Assembly: GCA_964016885.1 (NCBI GenBank) | Contig: OZ024750.1 | Location: 4,650,001-4,714,000, forward strand | DNA length: 64,000 nucleotides | Direction: 5' to 3' | Source: Eledone cirrhosa | Taxonomy: Eukaryota | In this document: positions 1 to 13,690 of the stretch, one piece after another | How the letters are laid out: every line of letters begins with the position of its first letter | Numbering within the stretch: position 1 is the stretch's first letter | Notes under the pieces: generated by a model | Databases searched by the model: none | What the model was told of the DNA's origin: nothing | The model's input: only the letters and a program-made list of their open reading frames with translations | Translations under genes and position numbers: made by a program

Positions 1-216
1 GGATTGGCAGTAATCAGTAGAGCATCGCACAACATGCTTTGCAGCATAGAGTCATGGCCCTTTACGGTCTGAGTTCAAAACCTGCCAAAATTAGCTTTGC
101 CTTTCATCCTTACAAGGGGCAATAAAATAAAGTACCAGTAATGCACTGGTGTCGATTTAATCGACTTTCCTTTCCCCAAAAAATTGTTGGCTTTGTGCCT
201 AAATCAGAAACCATTA
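1..216 (+). mobile_element. SINE family 2 copy (left end at window edge)
   Basis: Shares ...tctgagttcaaa...ttgcctttcatcct...taaaataaagtaccagta...gtcgatttaatcgact...ttgtgcc...agaaaccatta with copies at 57081, 61026 (+) and 21245, 41370 (-). Confidence 0.8.
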
Positions 217-505
217 TGATGCTGATGATGGTGATGGTAATGATGATGATGGTGGTGATGATGATGGTGGTGGTGGTGATGGTGATGGTGGTGATGGTGA
301 TGGTGGCAATGATGTTGGTGATGATGGTGGTGATGGTAATAGTGATGGTGATGGTGGTGATGATGTTGGTGATGATGGTGGTGATGGTGGTGATGGTAAT
401 AGTGATGGTGATGGTGGTGATGATGATGGTGATGATGGTGATGGTGGTGATGATGATGATGATGGTGATGATGATGGTGATGGTAGTGATGATGATGATG
501 GTGAT
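217..505. repeat. (GAT/GGT)n trinucleotide repeat
   Basis: Directly visible; explains ORFs 110..514 and 141..518. Confidence 0.95.
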
Positions 506-846
506 AATTTGCAAGTAATTATATTTTTATTATCAAGATATTTCTAAATACTCTGTGATAATGATAAGACCTTTTGTTGTCAATCTACAGTATTAAGTAT
601 TTACTCATACCACATGTTTGACATACTTATCCACACATGTGTATATATATATATATACACGTGTGTGTGTATGTGTGTGCATGTACGTGTGTATGTGTGT
701 ACCTTTATCTCTTTCTCTATCTCATATATATATATACACGTGTGTGTATATACATGTGTGTATGTGTGTACCTTTATCACTCTCTTTATCTCGTATGATG
801 TATATATGTGTGTATGTGTGTCTCACTATCTCATATGTATATACGG

Positions 847-887
<41 letters not shown>

Positions 888-1011
888 TACAGACACCTCA
901 TCTGTTTTCCATTCAATAGTTTATAATACCAATAAAAATATTTATGATTTCCTTCAATGGAATCGGTAACTTCCTATTGAGAACCTGGGAGAAATTACAA
1001 TTATTCTACAG

Positions 1012-1304
1012 ATATAGAGATAGGGAGAAAGGGGTAAAGAGGGCGGAGGGGGGTAGAGAGAGGGGGTAGAGAAAGGTAAAGAGAGATAGGGGGTAGAGAG
1101 AGATAGGGGGAGAGGGGTAAAGAAAGGTAGAGAGAGGGAGAAAGAGAGAGGGGGTTAGAGAAAGAGAGAGAGAGAGAGGTAGAAAAAGGTAGAGAGAGGG
1201 GGGTAGAGAAAGGTAGAGAGAGAGAGAGAGAGAGGTAGAGAAAGGTAGAGAGAGAGAGAGAGGTAGAGAAAGGTAGAGAGAGGGAGAGAGGGGGGTAGAG
1301 AAAG

Positions 1305-1341
<37 letters not shown>

Positions 1342-1389
1342 GTAGAGAAAGGTAGAGAGAGGGAGAGAGAGAGAGAAGGGTAGAGAAAG

Positions 1390-1454
<65 letters not shown>

Positions 1455-1487
1455 GGGGTAGAGAAAGGTAGAGAGAGAGAGAGAGAT
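1012..1487. repeat. Polypurine (GA)n tract
   Basis: Directly visible GA/GGTAGAGA repeats. Confidence 0.95.
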
Positions 1488-2127
1488 CAAATGATAACTC
1501 CTACATAGACACTGACACTCAGAATAATAAAAGGAATTTTCACTGTATTGTGTTTTAAATATCTTATGCTTTACTGCTGTTGTTGTTAGTGGTGTTACTG
1601 CTGTTGTTGTTAGTGGTGTTAATGTTACTGACGGTGGTGGTGCTACTGTCACTATTGGTGGTGGTGCTACTATTACTGTTGGTGGGGATGCTACTGTTAC
1701 TGATGGTGGTGGTGTTGGTGTTAGTGTTACTGGTGTCTATTGGTGATGGTGGTGGTGGTGTTACTGGTGTCTATTGGTGGTGGTGGTGGTGGTGGTGGTG
1801 GTGTTACTGGTGTCTATTGGTGGTGGTGGTGGTGGTGGTGGTGGTGGTGGTGGTGGTAGTGTTGTTGTTTTGTCTCTTTAGTGAAGAACAAAGCAAAGTT
1901 AAAGTTCAGCGCTGCTACTGTCATAATGGTAAACATCTGGCATGACAGTGATACCATTATTACCCCCCCCCCCGCTGTCACCACCACCACCACCGTCATC
2001 ATCATAATCATCATCACCAGTATCATTATCATCATCAACACAGCCTCGATTATCATCACAACTATCATCACCATCATCACCACCACTACTACCATCATCA
2101 TTAAAGCAAAATTTCGACTTTAGAAAG

Positions 2128-2128
2128 G

Positions 2129-2226
<98 letters not shown>

Positions 2227-2493
2227 TATACATATATATACATATATATATACATATATATATACATATATATATACATATATATATACATATATATACA
2301 CATATATATACATATATATACATATATATATACATATATATATACATATATATACATATATATACATATATATATACATATATATATACATATATATATA
2401 CATATATATATACATATATATATACACATATATACACATATATATACATATATATATACATATATATACATATATATATATATTATATATTAT
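2128..2493. repeat. (TA)n/(TACA) microsatellite
   Basis: Directly visible. Confidence 0.95.
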
Positions 2494-2830
2494 ACAAAAC
2501 ACACGCTCACACGGCCTCCATCCTTGGAACTCACTTAACAACCGGCTCAACCCCGATCTAATCCGCCGTGACCTGTCTCCGAACTTTACACACCTTCCCA
2601 CACTTTGTCTTTCCTTCCACGCATTACCTCTGTTTGATTTTGTTACCGTACCCCTTTTTTTTCCTTTCACTATATGTCTCTCCACCACTCCCCTACACAC
2701 CTTTTGAACTCTTACCTGAAGAAGGGCTTATGCCCGAAACGTCGTCCTCCACCTACCCCCCACTCTCCTGAGCGTGAATCTAATAAACATTTGTCGTACT
2801 GCCTCTCTGTTCTGTCCCTGTTCAATTTTT

Positions 2831-2833
<3 letters not shown>
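2494..2833 (+). mobile_element. Penelope-like element 3' remnant inside (TA)n
   Basis: Frameshifted LGT....GLN-like end of a GIY-YIG domain (about 2520-2555), pyrimidine-rich UTR, hammerhead core at 2716-2743, AATAAA at 2782, flanked both sides by (TA)n. Confidence 0.7.
2716..2743 (+). ncRNA. Minimal hammerhead ribozyme core (PLE type)
   Basis: CUGAAGA-A-GGGC-UUAU-GCCC-GAAA-CGUC: both conserved boxes, 4-bp stem II, palindromic ACGU stem III; stem I not convincing. Confidence 0.7.
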
Positions 2834-2865
<32 letters not shown>

Positions 2866-3044
2866 CAGAGAGAGAGAGGGGGGGGTGAAGTTTAAGAAAT
2901 AGCAAAACATTTTAGTAAGACAACAAGACAATGAAAGGAAAGTAGGAGGTGGTGTCAAACATTGTGGGGGGGGGGGGGTATATTTTACCAGCATTTGACA
3001 GCTTCACTTATTTAGAACAACAACAACTACAACAAAGACAATAT

Positions 3045-3315
3045 ATGAGACTTTTATAACAATAACAACAACAAGCAACAACAACAACAGCAATAACGAC
3101 AATATATATGTTACAAAGACTTTTTATAACAACAACAACAACCACAACAACAGCAATAAAGAGAATATATATGTTACAAAGTCTTTTTATAACAACAACA
3201 ACAACCACAACAACAGCAATAAAGAGAATATATATGTTACAAAGACTTTTTATAACAACAATAACAATAGCAACAACAACAGCAATAAAGACAATATATA
3301 TATATATTACAAAGA
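3045..3315. repeat. About 60-bp minisatellite with (AAC)n core, about 4 copies
   Basis: Repeated gactttttataacaac...cagcaataaagagaatatatatgttacaaa. Confidence 0.85.
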
Positions 3316-3534
3316 GAGAGTTTTTAGTCTAAGCTATTTAAAATATCAGCTGTAGATACTCATCTCATGTGATGTCACATTAACAACAGCTACTCAGAAC
3401 TAAGTGCAATATACTCAAACATAACATCTCATTTAACATGATGAAGAGGACCCTGAGAAACAAGTATATTTAACCCTTTCATGACCTCTAAGTAGTTTGA
3501 CTAAGTCTTAGATAAAGAAGATGTTTTTTTTAAA

Positions 3535-3755
3535 CCCTTTAGCATTTAAACCGGCCATATCCGGCCAGAATTATCTCACCTCTTTCTGTTCAGACCAGCC
3601 ATAACCAGTCACTCATACTTATGTTAAGATATTGTTCTCAAAATAAATAACGTGAAAATCTCGTAGATCCGATATTATGAGAGATAACTATGTAAGATAA
3701 AGTCTTTACCACAAAAATACAATAATATATATAGAGTAATGTGAATGCTAAAGGG
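3535..3755 (+). mobile_element. piggyBac-like MITE family P1
   Basis: TIR CCCTTTAGCATT...AATGCTAAAGGG, right flank TTAA; further copies at 3832-4028, 37594-37788, 42754-42961. Confidence 0.8.
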
Positions 3756-3831
3756 TTAAATTACACTTGAAATTCCTTTGGACCAAGAAATATTGGTATT
3801 GTTGTTGTTAGCTTTGATAAAGCAGACTTAA

Positions 3832-4028
3832 CCCTTTAGCATTTACATTACTCTATATTTACTATTGTTTTTTCACAGTAAAAGCTTTACCACACATAAA
3901 TATCTCACATTATATCAAATCTATGAGATTTTGATATTATTCATTTTGAGAACAATTCCTTAACATCAGTATGAGTGACTAGTGAGAGAATCCTGACCAG
4001 CCATATGGCTGGTTTAAATGCTAAAGTG
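3832..4028 (-). mobile_element. piggyBac-like MITE P1 nested in an older repeat
   Basis: TTAA at 3828-3831 and 4029-4032; inverted relative to the 3535 copy; splits a repeat homologous to 32100-32355. Confidence 0.8.
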
Positions 4029-5101
4029 TTAATAAGATCAAAAGACGTTTCAAATATGATCAGTCCCATCATATATCATTTGTTTCCAACACAGTGTATT
4101 CAATGTGTCCTTCCCTTATATTATAAAATGGTTGGGGTGTGATTTGAGGTAAATTTGGTTGTTAGTTCTAGCATGTCCTTCAATTACATAAATTCTCCTA
4201 CTTTGGTTTACTATGGAGTACTTTTGTTCACTATAAAGACTTTAATATCTAATGTGATAAAGTCAATGCTTTTTATTTTGTATTTTTCAAGAATGTCTTG
4301 CTAATGTAGTTTTATGTGATTTGTTAATTCAAATATTTATAGTATCTTTACTGAAGGACAGGTTGTTGCAGTAAACTAAAGCAAAAACTTTGACATTGAA
4401 GGTGATGCAGTCGTAGTTTTGCTGATATTCACAAGAATGTTTTGCTAATCTGGTTGCATGTGGTGCAAGGTGGCACTAACATATATATTTCTTTTTACTG
4501 TTTTTGTTTCCTAAGTCATAAGATTCTTGATGTAAAAATATGTCTTGAAACAGATGTTGCTGTATCCTGGAAGGGTCAGTTTGCCAACAAAAACACATGC
4601 ACTATAAATACTATATTTCCATCAACTTCACCTTTTCCAAGCTATCTATAAACATATCCTACTGATGTTTAAACATATGGCATTTATTTTATAAAATGAC
4701 ATTCAAGTTTACATTCATATTATTAGGGTGGTAGCTTGCAAACTCGGTAAAGTGCCAGAAAAAAAATGCCTTGTGGTGGTTAGTCATGTTCTTCAAAACT
4801 CACCAAAGTCAACTTTGCCTTACATCATTTCTAGGCCAATAAAACAAAGTACCCGTGAAGTATTGGTGGAGTAGGTTTTCATATAATTCACTATAACTTC
4901 TACCAAAATATGTAGCCTACCTGTTGATATATTTTAAATCATTTGCCTACCTGTTGTGTTACTTCTTTATATTCTGAGTTCAAAACCCACCTAAGTTAGG
5001 TTTGCCTTTCATCCTTATGGGATCGCTAAAAAAAAAAGTACCAGTAAAGAACTGGGTTTGATATAACTGACTTTACTCTTCCCTAAAATTGCTGGCATTG
5101 T

Positions 5102-5378
5102 GCAGCATACAATATTCTAAACACACAGCAAGTCTCATATACACCATGGCGATGTTTGATGGTGAGATGTCTTCCCTATCACCAACCTCATTACAGCATA
5201 TAGTATTCTAAATACACAGCAAGTTTCATATACACCATGGCAATGATTTATAGTGTAATGTCTTCCCTTTCATCAACCTCATTACAGCATATAGTATTCT
5301 AAACAAAAATACACACAAGTCTCATACACACCATGGCAATGTTTAATGACGAGATGTCCTTTCTTGACACCAACCCTT
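5102..5378. repeat. About 100-bp tandem repeat, about 2.7 copies
   Basis: cagcatatagtattctaaa...caagtctcatatacaccatggc...caccaacctcatta repeated. Confidence 0.85.
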
Positions 5379-5754
5379 TTAGTCATCTTTAACAATACAC
5401 AGAAATATGGTGAACCTATTCTAAACAAGACCCACACAGGAATCTGTGAATCTGTCTACAATGGAGAGAAGAACAATAGCAGAATCAACAATATTTCAAA
5501 TCTGTAAACCTCAATTGATGCTAAAAATCATTAAAGCAAGTGTATCATGTAAAGTTGGTCTACTGGTGAACATGACTAACGAACAATGAAAGACTAAACC
5601 TCGACTAATAAAGTTATCCTAATATTTACATTTCCAAAATAGATTAACTGAGGAGAAATGTACACAAATTAAATTGTCTTTTCTAATTGACTTTGGTTAA
5701 TTCAGTCACATGAAAAACTATCCTGTTTGGTGTCTGTTCTACATACAATAACTT

Positions 5755-5952
5755 TTGGAGGAAAGTACATGGAGGTAGGAAGAGAGTCAGACATAAAAAG
5801 AGATGGAAGGACAACATCCCGGAATGGAGAGGCATGAGGCTCGGTGCAACCATGAGGAGGGTGGAGAGGCGTGAGGAATAGAAGGAGCTGGTTGCAAGGT
5901 CATCTGTGGTGCCTCAATGTTCTACCAGACTACGGGGCAGATGAGGTATAGG
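5755..5952 (+). mobile_element. RTE-clade LINE 3' end (degenerate)
   Basis: Translates KVHGGRKRVRHKKRWKDNIPEWRGMRLGATMRRVERREE*KELVARSSVVPQCSTRLRGR*, matching the RTE ORF C-terminal pattern G.R.RGR..KRW.DNI.EW...WR..V; internal stop. Confidence 0.8.
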
Positions 5953-6257
5953 AAAAAGATGTTCCCCAGACACACAAACAACTGCAACAGTTGTATAGTT
6001 AACTGTTCGAGTACAACACCAAACGTTTTAAGTTCACTTTCCCCTTGCTAAAACAAAAGTTAACTTTGTAGGCCTCATGACAAGCTTCATACCCATCACA
6101 AGATCTTTTTTTAGGGGGCAATGTTCTACATTGACACCAACCCTTCTAATAACCTCTTATGACATGCAGAGATACAATGTATCTATTTCTATTCTAAATT
6201 GGATACATACAGCATGTGAGAGCATGACTCATTGCATTGTAATGCAACTGGTGTCAT

Positions 6258-6519
6258 GTAACTGCAGGAGTTGCACAGCTAACTGCAGGAGTTGCACAGC
6301 TAACTGAAGGAGTTTCACAACTAACTGCAGAAGTTGCACAACTAACTGCAGGTGTTGCATTGTAAGCTGCTCAAGTATTAATCATTTTCAAGCCATTTAG
6401 GAGATCTGCTACAAAAATTTGAGAACCCCTACTGAAGAGAAAAGAAGAGGTTTTGTTTTGAGACCCCTACAGAAGAGAAAAGAAGAGGTTTTGTTTTGAG
6501 ACCCCTACAGAAGAGAAAG
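6258..6519. repeat. 21-bp (taactgcaggagttgcacagc) and about 38-bp short tandem arrays
   Basis: Directly visible. Confidence 0.8.
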
Positions 6520-6760
6520 TCTTGTTTTAGTTTAAAACTTTAAAATCATTTAGCTTTCTCTAATGTGTGTTATAAGAGGTGAGTAAAAGAATTGATGCCA
6601 GGAAAGGGATCTTTCCATAAAATATTGCTTCATGGGACTAATACCCCAACCACAAGGCCACATGATGGGGAAAGATATTGATCAAACTGATATTACATTT
6701 TAGAAAACTGAGAGATGATGATGATGATGGTGCTGATGATGATGATGATGGTGGTGATGG

Positions 6761-6794
<34 letters not shown>

Positions 6795-7913
6795 ATAAAG
6801 TAGAAGGAAAATGGCAGTGCTCAGAAACTATCAAGTTGATTGCTTCTTGCTTTAATTTGTTTGTAATTGTTGGAAATAGAAGTTAAAGTGGCTTATTGTT
6901 CTTGTTGATTATATATTGGTATATGTGGGTAGGGTAGGGGAGAGGAGGGGGAGAAGGAGAAGAGAAGAGAAAGGGAGGGAGAGAAGAGAAAGAGGGGGGG
7001 GGGGATTTGAAGAATACACGTTCTGTTAAAATGAGTATTATTGGAGGACTAAAGTAATGTGAAATAAAGTGTCTTGCTCAAGGACACAAGGAATCGACCT
7101 CATGACCTTCTCATTATGAGCCTAACACCCTAACTACTAAGCCACGTTTCTTGACAGACCATTTGATGATATCATTATCATCATCATCACCAACCAGACC
7201 AAGATATCATCATCATCATCAACAAAAGCAACAGATGATAACATTAACATCATCATCATCATCATCAACCAGACCACCAAACTTCTGAACTGAAAAAATT
7301 TGTGGTTAATTTTCCTTAATTTTCTAAGTTTTTTTTTTTGTGGGTGCGGGGTGGGGGCATATTTATTAATTTCTTTCTTTATTCATTGTTGTTTTATTAA
7401 GTTTTAATATTGATACTATTTAATTGGTAATCAGTTCTACCATATTGATAATCAGTTTTACCATATTGATACTGGACTCCATTAGGGAAATAAAGTTAAT
7501 TGGATTAATTTAGCTTTTAAATTGATTTATTTAAATATCATTAAAAATTTATTGCAACTCCACAGAAAGTTTTACAATAAAAATTGCAGTGAAATTATAA
7601 AGTGCTCACAAGATGGCAACATTTCAAATAAACTCCTCTTTAAAGTCCAACTTGATAATTATACATACACACATACACATACACATATATACACATGTAA
7701 ACATGCACATACATACACACACATGCACACATGTGCACACACAAACAAACCCATGCATATGCACACAGACACACACAAGCATACACATACATATGCACAC
7801 ATACACACATGTACACACATATACACCATGATAAATTTGTGTCAGCTCAGTGGTTGGAAAAAATTAAAGAGAATGTTGATTGAATATGTTTTTTTCTGAC
7901 ATGATGTAACATT

Positions 7914-8635
7914 TCCTGCTACACAGTTTCACAGACAAATGGCCTTACAAAGTCCTGCTACACAGTTTCACAGATAAATGACCCTACAAAGTCCTGCTAC
8001 ACAGTTTCACAGATAAATGACCCTACAAAGTCCTGCTACACAGTTTCACAGATAAATGACCTTACAAAGTCCTACTACACAGTTTCACAGATAAATGACC
8101 CTACAAAGTCCTGCTACGCAGTTTCACAGATAAATGACCCTACAAAGTCCTGCTACACAGTCTCACAGACAAATGACCCTACAAAGTCCTGCTACACAGT
8201 TTCACAGATAAATGACCCTACAAAGTTCTGCTACACAGTCTCACAGACAAATGACCCTACAAAGTCCTGCTACACAGTTTCACAGACAAATGACCCTACA
8301 AAGTCCTGCTACACAATCTCACAGACAAATGACCCTACAAAGTCCTGCTACACAGTTTCACAGATAAATGACCCTACAAAGTCCTGCTACATAGTTCACA
8401 GACAAATGACCCTACAAAGTCCTGCTACACAGTTTCACAGACAAATGACTCTACAAAGTCCTGCTACACAGACAAATGACCCTACAAAGTCCTGCTACAC
8501 AGACAAATGACTCTACAAAGTCCTGCTACACAGTTTCACAGACAAATGACCCTCAAAGTCCTGCTACACAGTTTCACAGATAAATGACCCTACAAAGTCC
8601 TGCTACACAGTTTCAAATAAATGACCCTACAAAGT
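7914..8635. repeat. 39-bp minisatellite, about 18 copies
   Basis: Unit tcctgctacacagtttcacagataaatgaccctacaaag; period 39 (7914, 7953...). Confidence 0.95.
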
Positions 8636-9348
8636 GAAGTTAGAATTGGTAGAGGAGCCATTGTTTTGTCATTTTTACATCTTTTCTTCCTTGGGTTCAG
8701 AAGTTGGACAAAGACTGGACCTTATCCAGGTTTCATGAGGTGATGATGATGATGATGATGGTCAACGTACAAAACAGCACAATGACTGCACCACATTAAA
8801 TATCAAAGTCTTTACTATAATATTGCAAATTTTCACAACAATCTGTCCACCAGTAAATATACTATAAATATTTGAATTACAAAACCATGTAAAACGACAT
8901 TAACAAATTAATGAGATAGTCCTGAAAAGAACAAAACAGCAGTGACTGCATCATATTAAATATTAAAGTCTTTAATACTACAACAGTCTGTCTACTAGTA
9001 AAGATACTATAAACATTTGAGGCTACAAACCAGTCTTTAGATGTTTTTAACTAAATCATTACACGATCTTAAGAGTTAATATTGACTTTAGCCATTTCCC
9101 AATGTTAGCCCTTCCTAACTAGATAGGAAATCAATAATTTAGATCATTCAAAGACAGATTAGTAACCTCTCCTAACTTATTTTCAGGTATTTAGTCATCA
9201 CAGCTTAGATCTTGTCTACCCCCAGGTCATCCCTGATCAAATAAAGCTGTAATTAAGCTGTTCCATCCATGACCATCCTATAACTTTTCTCTCTATAGTG
9301 AATCAAATAATCCATTATCCATATTCTATATTCATTTTTTGCTTTTAA

Positions 9349-9779
9349 CCTTCTTCATACCAAACTGCCTGAAACCACCCTTTTTTCACAATACAAAGAT
9401 GTTTATATTTGTCTAAAAACCTTCCAACATAATTTTATGTAAGAACCTTTGTTAAGTTATGTTCCAAACATAACAATGAGAAAGTTTAATTCTTAATTAT
9501 TTTCAAACTGACATAAAAAACAAAAAACATTCTTACAAATCCTTGATAAATGTGGTGTGGTAAATAAATATATACAGATACATCAGGTCCGAACACAAAG
9601 GAACCAAACTCCAACTGTCACTGCCTCCGTCTCTCTTGCTCTTCTCATCTCTCACTATTATAAGCAAATGGGGGCCCACGCGTTGGAAGCCCTACGGCAT
9701 CAGCGGACAGGATAGAGGATGGTGAGGGAGACGCGCTGGAAGAGCAGTGCTTTTCATTAGAAATATGGTAACAAAAGGG
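9349..9779 (-). mobile_element. piggyBac-like MITE family P2, interrupted by an insertion at about 9545-9745
   Basis: TTAA 9345-9348 and 9780-9783; ends ...atggtaacaaaaggg; related copies at about 12071, 13278, 26180, 30565, 38418-38872, 41203-41653, 61994-62432. Confidence 0.7.
9560..9730 (+). mobile_element. Possible RTE-like LINE 3' remnant with inverted 5' piece
   Basis: GC/CpG-rich insert; forward part reads AHALEAL...ggatagaggatggtga like RTE ends; minus part gives MRR..GSDSW-like peptide. Weak similarity. Confidence 0.35.
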
Positions 9780-10086
9780 TTAAATAATAAGGAGGAGATT
9801 TGGCTGTTATTTCTAGCTGGTAAGCCACTATATAGATACTCCCTCAGTGGCTTATACAGCTTAGATGATAGACAGAAAGATGCTGATCTTAGCTTTCTTT
9901 TCCACATTTAACAGAGTAGTATTATATGAAATATTTTGCTGAGCAATGTGAAACATCCAATCAGCTTATTGTAGCAAGCTGATTGGATTAAATGTTAGGC
10001 TAGAACGGATTAGAGGGGGGGGGGGAGTGTGAAGAGTTCAAAGAAGCTACAAGCATCCATGTTGAGGGAGTTTACTATACAACTAC

Positions 10087-10121
<35 letters not shown>

Positions 10122-10142
10122 ATACTACTACTATTAATATTT

Positions 10143-10436
10143 GTCGAAGTGTGTGGCCTTGTGGTAAGGGTGTTGGACTTACGATCATAATGTTGTGGGT
10201 TTGATTCCTGGACTAGGTTGTGTGTTGTGTTCTTGAGCAAAACACTTCATTTCATGTTGCTCCAGTAAACTCAGCTGAAAATGAGTACCAGCAATACCCG
10301 GGGGTTTAACCATGCGATGGACTGATGTCCTGTCCAGGAGGGAGTCTTATACTCTCAGTCGCTTCATGCCACAGAAACCAGGATTAGCGACGCCCTAATG
10401 AGCCTCCGAGCTCGAGACACACTTTAGAGCCTTTAG
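10143..10436 (+). mobile_element. tRNA-derived SINE family 1
   Basis: A box TGGCCTTGTGGT, B box GGTTTGATTCC, body ttcttgagcaaaacact...ttgctccagt...aatgagtaccag...tggactg; homologous to 10818 and 49075. Confidence 0.85.
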
Positions 10437-10817
10437 ACTACTACTACTACTATTAGTAGTAGTAGTGTTTTATGGCCATTTTCCTTGCTAATGCAAGGGT
10501 CAGTTCCGTGGGTCCCACAAAAAGGCTTCAATATTCACCATGGGGTCTTTTTTCAGTCAATATTTTTACAGCTGGATACCTTTCCTAGCTGTAATACATT
10601 TAGTCCTTTCTTACAACATGCAGGGATTTGAACTCAGAACTCAAAGAACCAGAATAAATATTGTCAGCTGTTCCACAGCTACTGTCACCTCTCCACCTTT
10701 TACATCAATTATAAAGTTATGTTAATTACAGAAAAGGAGGTCAGAGTCATTTTAAGTTTAGGATGGGCTCAATTTCGGAAATTTGCCTATTGTAATTATC
10801 ATAGGTTAATTATTATC

Positions 10818-11135
10818 TATGTGGAGGTGTGTGGCCTAGTGGTAAGGGTGTTGGACTATGTGGAGGTGTGTGGCCTAGTGGTAAGGGCGTTGGATTTATG
10901 ATCATAATGTCATGGGTTCAAGTCCTCAACTGGGTTGTGTGTTGTGTTCTTGAGCAACACACTTTATTTCATGTTGCTCCAGTATACTCAGCTGAAAATG
11001 AGTACCAGCAATAACTGAGGGTTTAACCCTGCAATGGACTGGCATCTTGTCCAGTAGGGGCAGGGGAGACTTGTACTCTCAGCTGCTTAATATCATGGAA
11101 ACTGGGATAAGCATCTGCCTGGTGAGCATCTGGGC
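10818..11135 (+). mobile_element. tRNA-derived SINE family 1 with duplicated head
   Basis: tatgtggaggtgtgtggcctagtggtaagggtgttggac occurs twice in tandem, then B box GGTTCAAGTCC and the family body. Confidence 0.85.
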
Positions 11136-11710
11136 TTAACCCTTAATATTGAAGGTTATGAGAAGGAGTGCTCAATGCCATAGTAGAGATTAATAATATT
11201 TATTAAGATCAAGTCTTGTCTGTGTATTCACAGGATTATCAGACAAGACTTGTGTCAGATGATCCTGTGAACAAACAGGTGAAACTCTAGAGTAAGAGGA
11301 CTCTAAGTTGAGCTTAATAAAAAATATATGGATGACAGGTGTAAAAGGAAAAAAGGTAGGAAGGTTGGCTGGATGGACAGAATCAGAGACACAGATAGAT
11401 AGGCAGATATATATATACATATATATATATACACATGCATACAAACCAGAGATCAATAGAGTGAGAGAGAGGGGGGTGCTGGAAGATAGACGGATAATAG
11501 ATAGATAGCTAGGTGAGAGAGAGAGAGAGAGAGAGAGAGAAGTAGGAAGATAAATAGATAAATACATTGTTATACTTTGGGAGGGTCAGATAAATACAGA
11601 TATATATATATATTATATCTATCTATATATATAGAAAGATAAATAGATAAATACACCCACACACACACATACACATATATATTCATAGAGAGAGAGATAG
11701 ATAGATAAAA

Positions 11711-11752
<42 letters not shown>

Positions 11753-13439
11753 AGAGAGAGATATATATATATAAAAGAGATATAAAAATATTTTTTTTTA
11801 ACAGTAAATATCAAACGGTAAATATAAAATAACCATGATGAACATCCATTCACTTTAATTCAATTTTAAATACACAAAAAAGTATATAAAGAAACAAAAA
11901 AACAACAACAATAAAACCGAGAAAATACATCAACATTAAATGAGAGTTTAAATTAATCCACCTTTTAGATTCAAATTAAATATTACTCTTATAAACCCCA
12001 CCCCCACCACCACACAAACAGGATGTAGATAATAACCCTCCTTGCCTCAACAACAACAAATAAATATTAACCCTTTTGTTACAATATTTTTAATGAAAGA
12101 CATTGCTTATGGTTTTCAAATAATTTTGAAAATAACACATTTTTAAGCTGATGTTTTGAACAAAGGTTCTTAACATAAAATTACTATGAATGGTTTTTAG
12201 ATAAATATAAATATATCAACCCTTTCATTATCATATTTCTCATGAAAGACACAGCTTATATTTTTCAAATAATTTTAAAAGCAATCGAGAATTTGTTGAG
12301 ATTTAGTAATATAACTAACTTTCTCATTATTAATCAGGTTTATTGTTAAGTTAAAGGTTCTTACATAAAATTATTATGGCAGATTTTTTTTATATATATA
12401 TATAAAAACATTTTTAAACAAACAGTTTGGTGTCATAAAACTGGAGCCATTTTTCAGGAGGTTTGATATAACAACATAAATATATAGGTATTTAATGTAC
12501 ATATAAATATATAGATATTTAATGTACATATAAATATATAGATATTTAATGTACATATAAATATATAGATATTTAATCAATCGACCACCAACATATAAAT
12601 ATTGAATCAATGCGCCCCTCCCCTCCTTCCATATGAAATGATTTCCAATCTATATAAGTAAATAAAATTACAGTTAAAATGAATAACAAAGGATTAAGGG
12701 AACAGTGATAAATATAACAGAGAGAAAACAGGAATTAGGGGCCACTATTGGTGGTGGGAGTGGTGTTTGATGGTGGGAGTGGTGTTTGGTGGTGGTAGTA
12801 CTGGCAGTTGTGTTGGAGGTGGTAGTAGTGGTGATGTTAGTAGTGGTGGTATAGTTGTTGGAGGTGGTAGTAGTGGTGATGTTAGTAGTGGTGGTTGGTG
12901 GTGATGATGGTAGGATATATCCAATGATGAAGCTAAGACATGGTACCAGACCCTGACAATAACATTATCAGCTCCAGACTCTAGCAACATTATTGGCTCC
13001 AGACCCTAGCAACAACATTATTGGCTTCAGACCCCAGCAACTACAACATTATTAGCAACAAACAACTTTATTGATTTTATAAACAAACAACATTTTTTCT
13101 CCCCATTTTTTTTTTTATATTTGCCAAATCAATACTTCTGATCACTGGAATAGGGATCAGTGAGGAGAATGGGGTTCAAAAGGGATTCAGATGATGGGGA
13201 TTCAATCCCCAGATCTTCATGAATTTTCATGGGCTTGGGGGAGGGGGGGGGGGACTAAACAGTAACAAGAATTTAACCCTTTTTTATATCAAACAGCTCC
13301 TGATTTTATGATACAAAACTGTTCATTTTAAAGTGTTTATATTTATCTAAAAATCTTCCATCATAATTTTATGTAAGAGCCTTTGTTATGTTCCACACTC
13401 CAGAAAGTTATATTACTAGGAATGTAAAAGGATTATTTT

Positions 13440-13690
13440 TAGATTAGACCAAGAAAACAATATTTCCATTGCCGATACTATCTGTTGATTGTAACTCCTG
13501 GCAGAAGAAAAGAGCTGAACATTAGATCAGACCAAGGAAACAATGTTTCCACTTGTCTTTCCATCGTTGATATTACCTGCTGGTTTAACACCGGGCAGAA
13601 GAAAAGAGCTGATCATCAGATCAGACCAAAGAAACAATGGTCTTTCCATTGTTGATAGTATTATCAATGGAAAGACCAATGGAGACATAG
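13440..13690 (+). repeat. Diverged copies of the 95-bp minisatellite at 55960
   Basis: agatcagaccaaggaaacaatgtttcca...ggcagaagaaaagagctgatcatc units. Confidence 0.75.

Noticed and set aside
7914-8395. Open frame (SCYTVSQINDPTK)n in the 39-bp array
   Set aside because: Upstream in-frame stop, no start codon, and indels break the frame later
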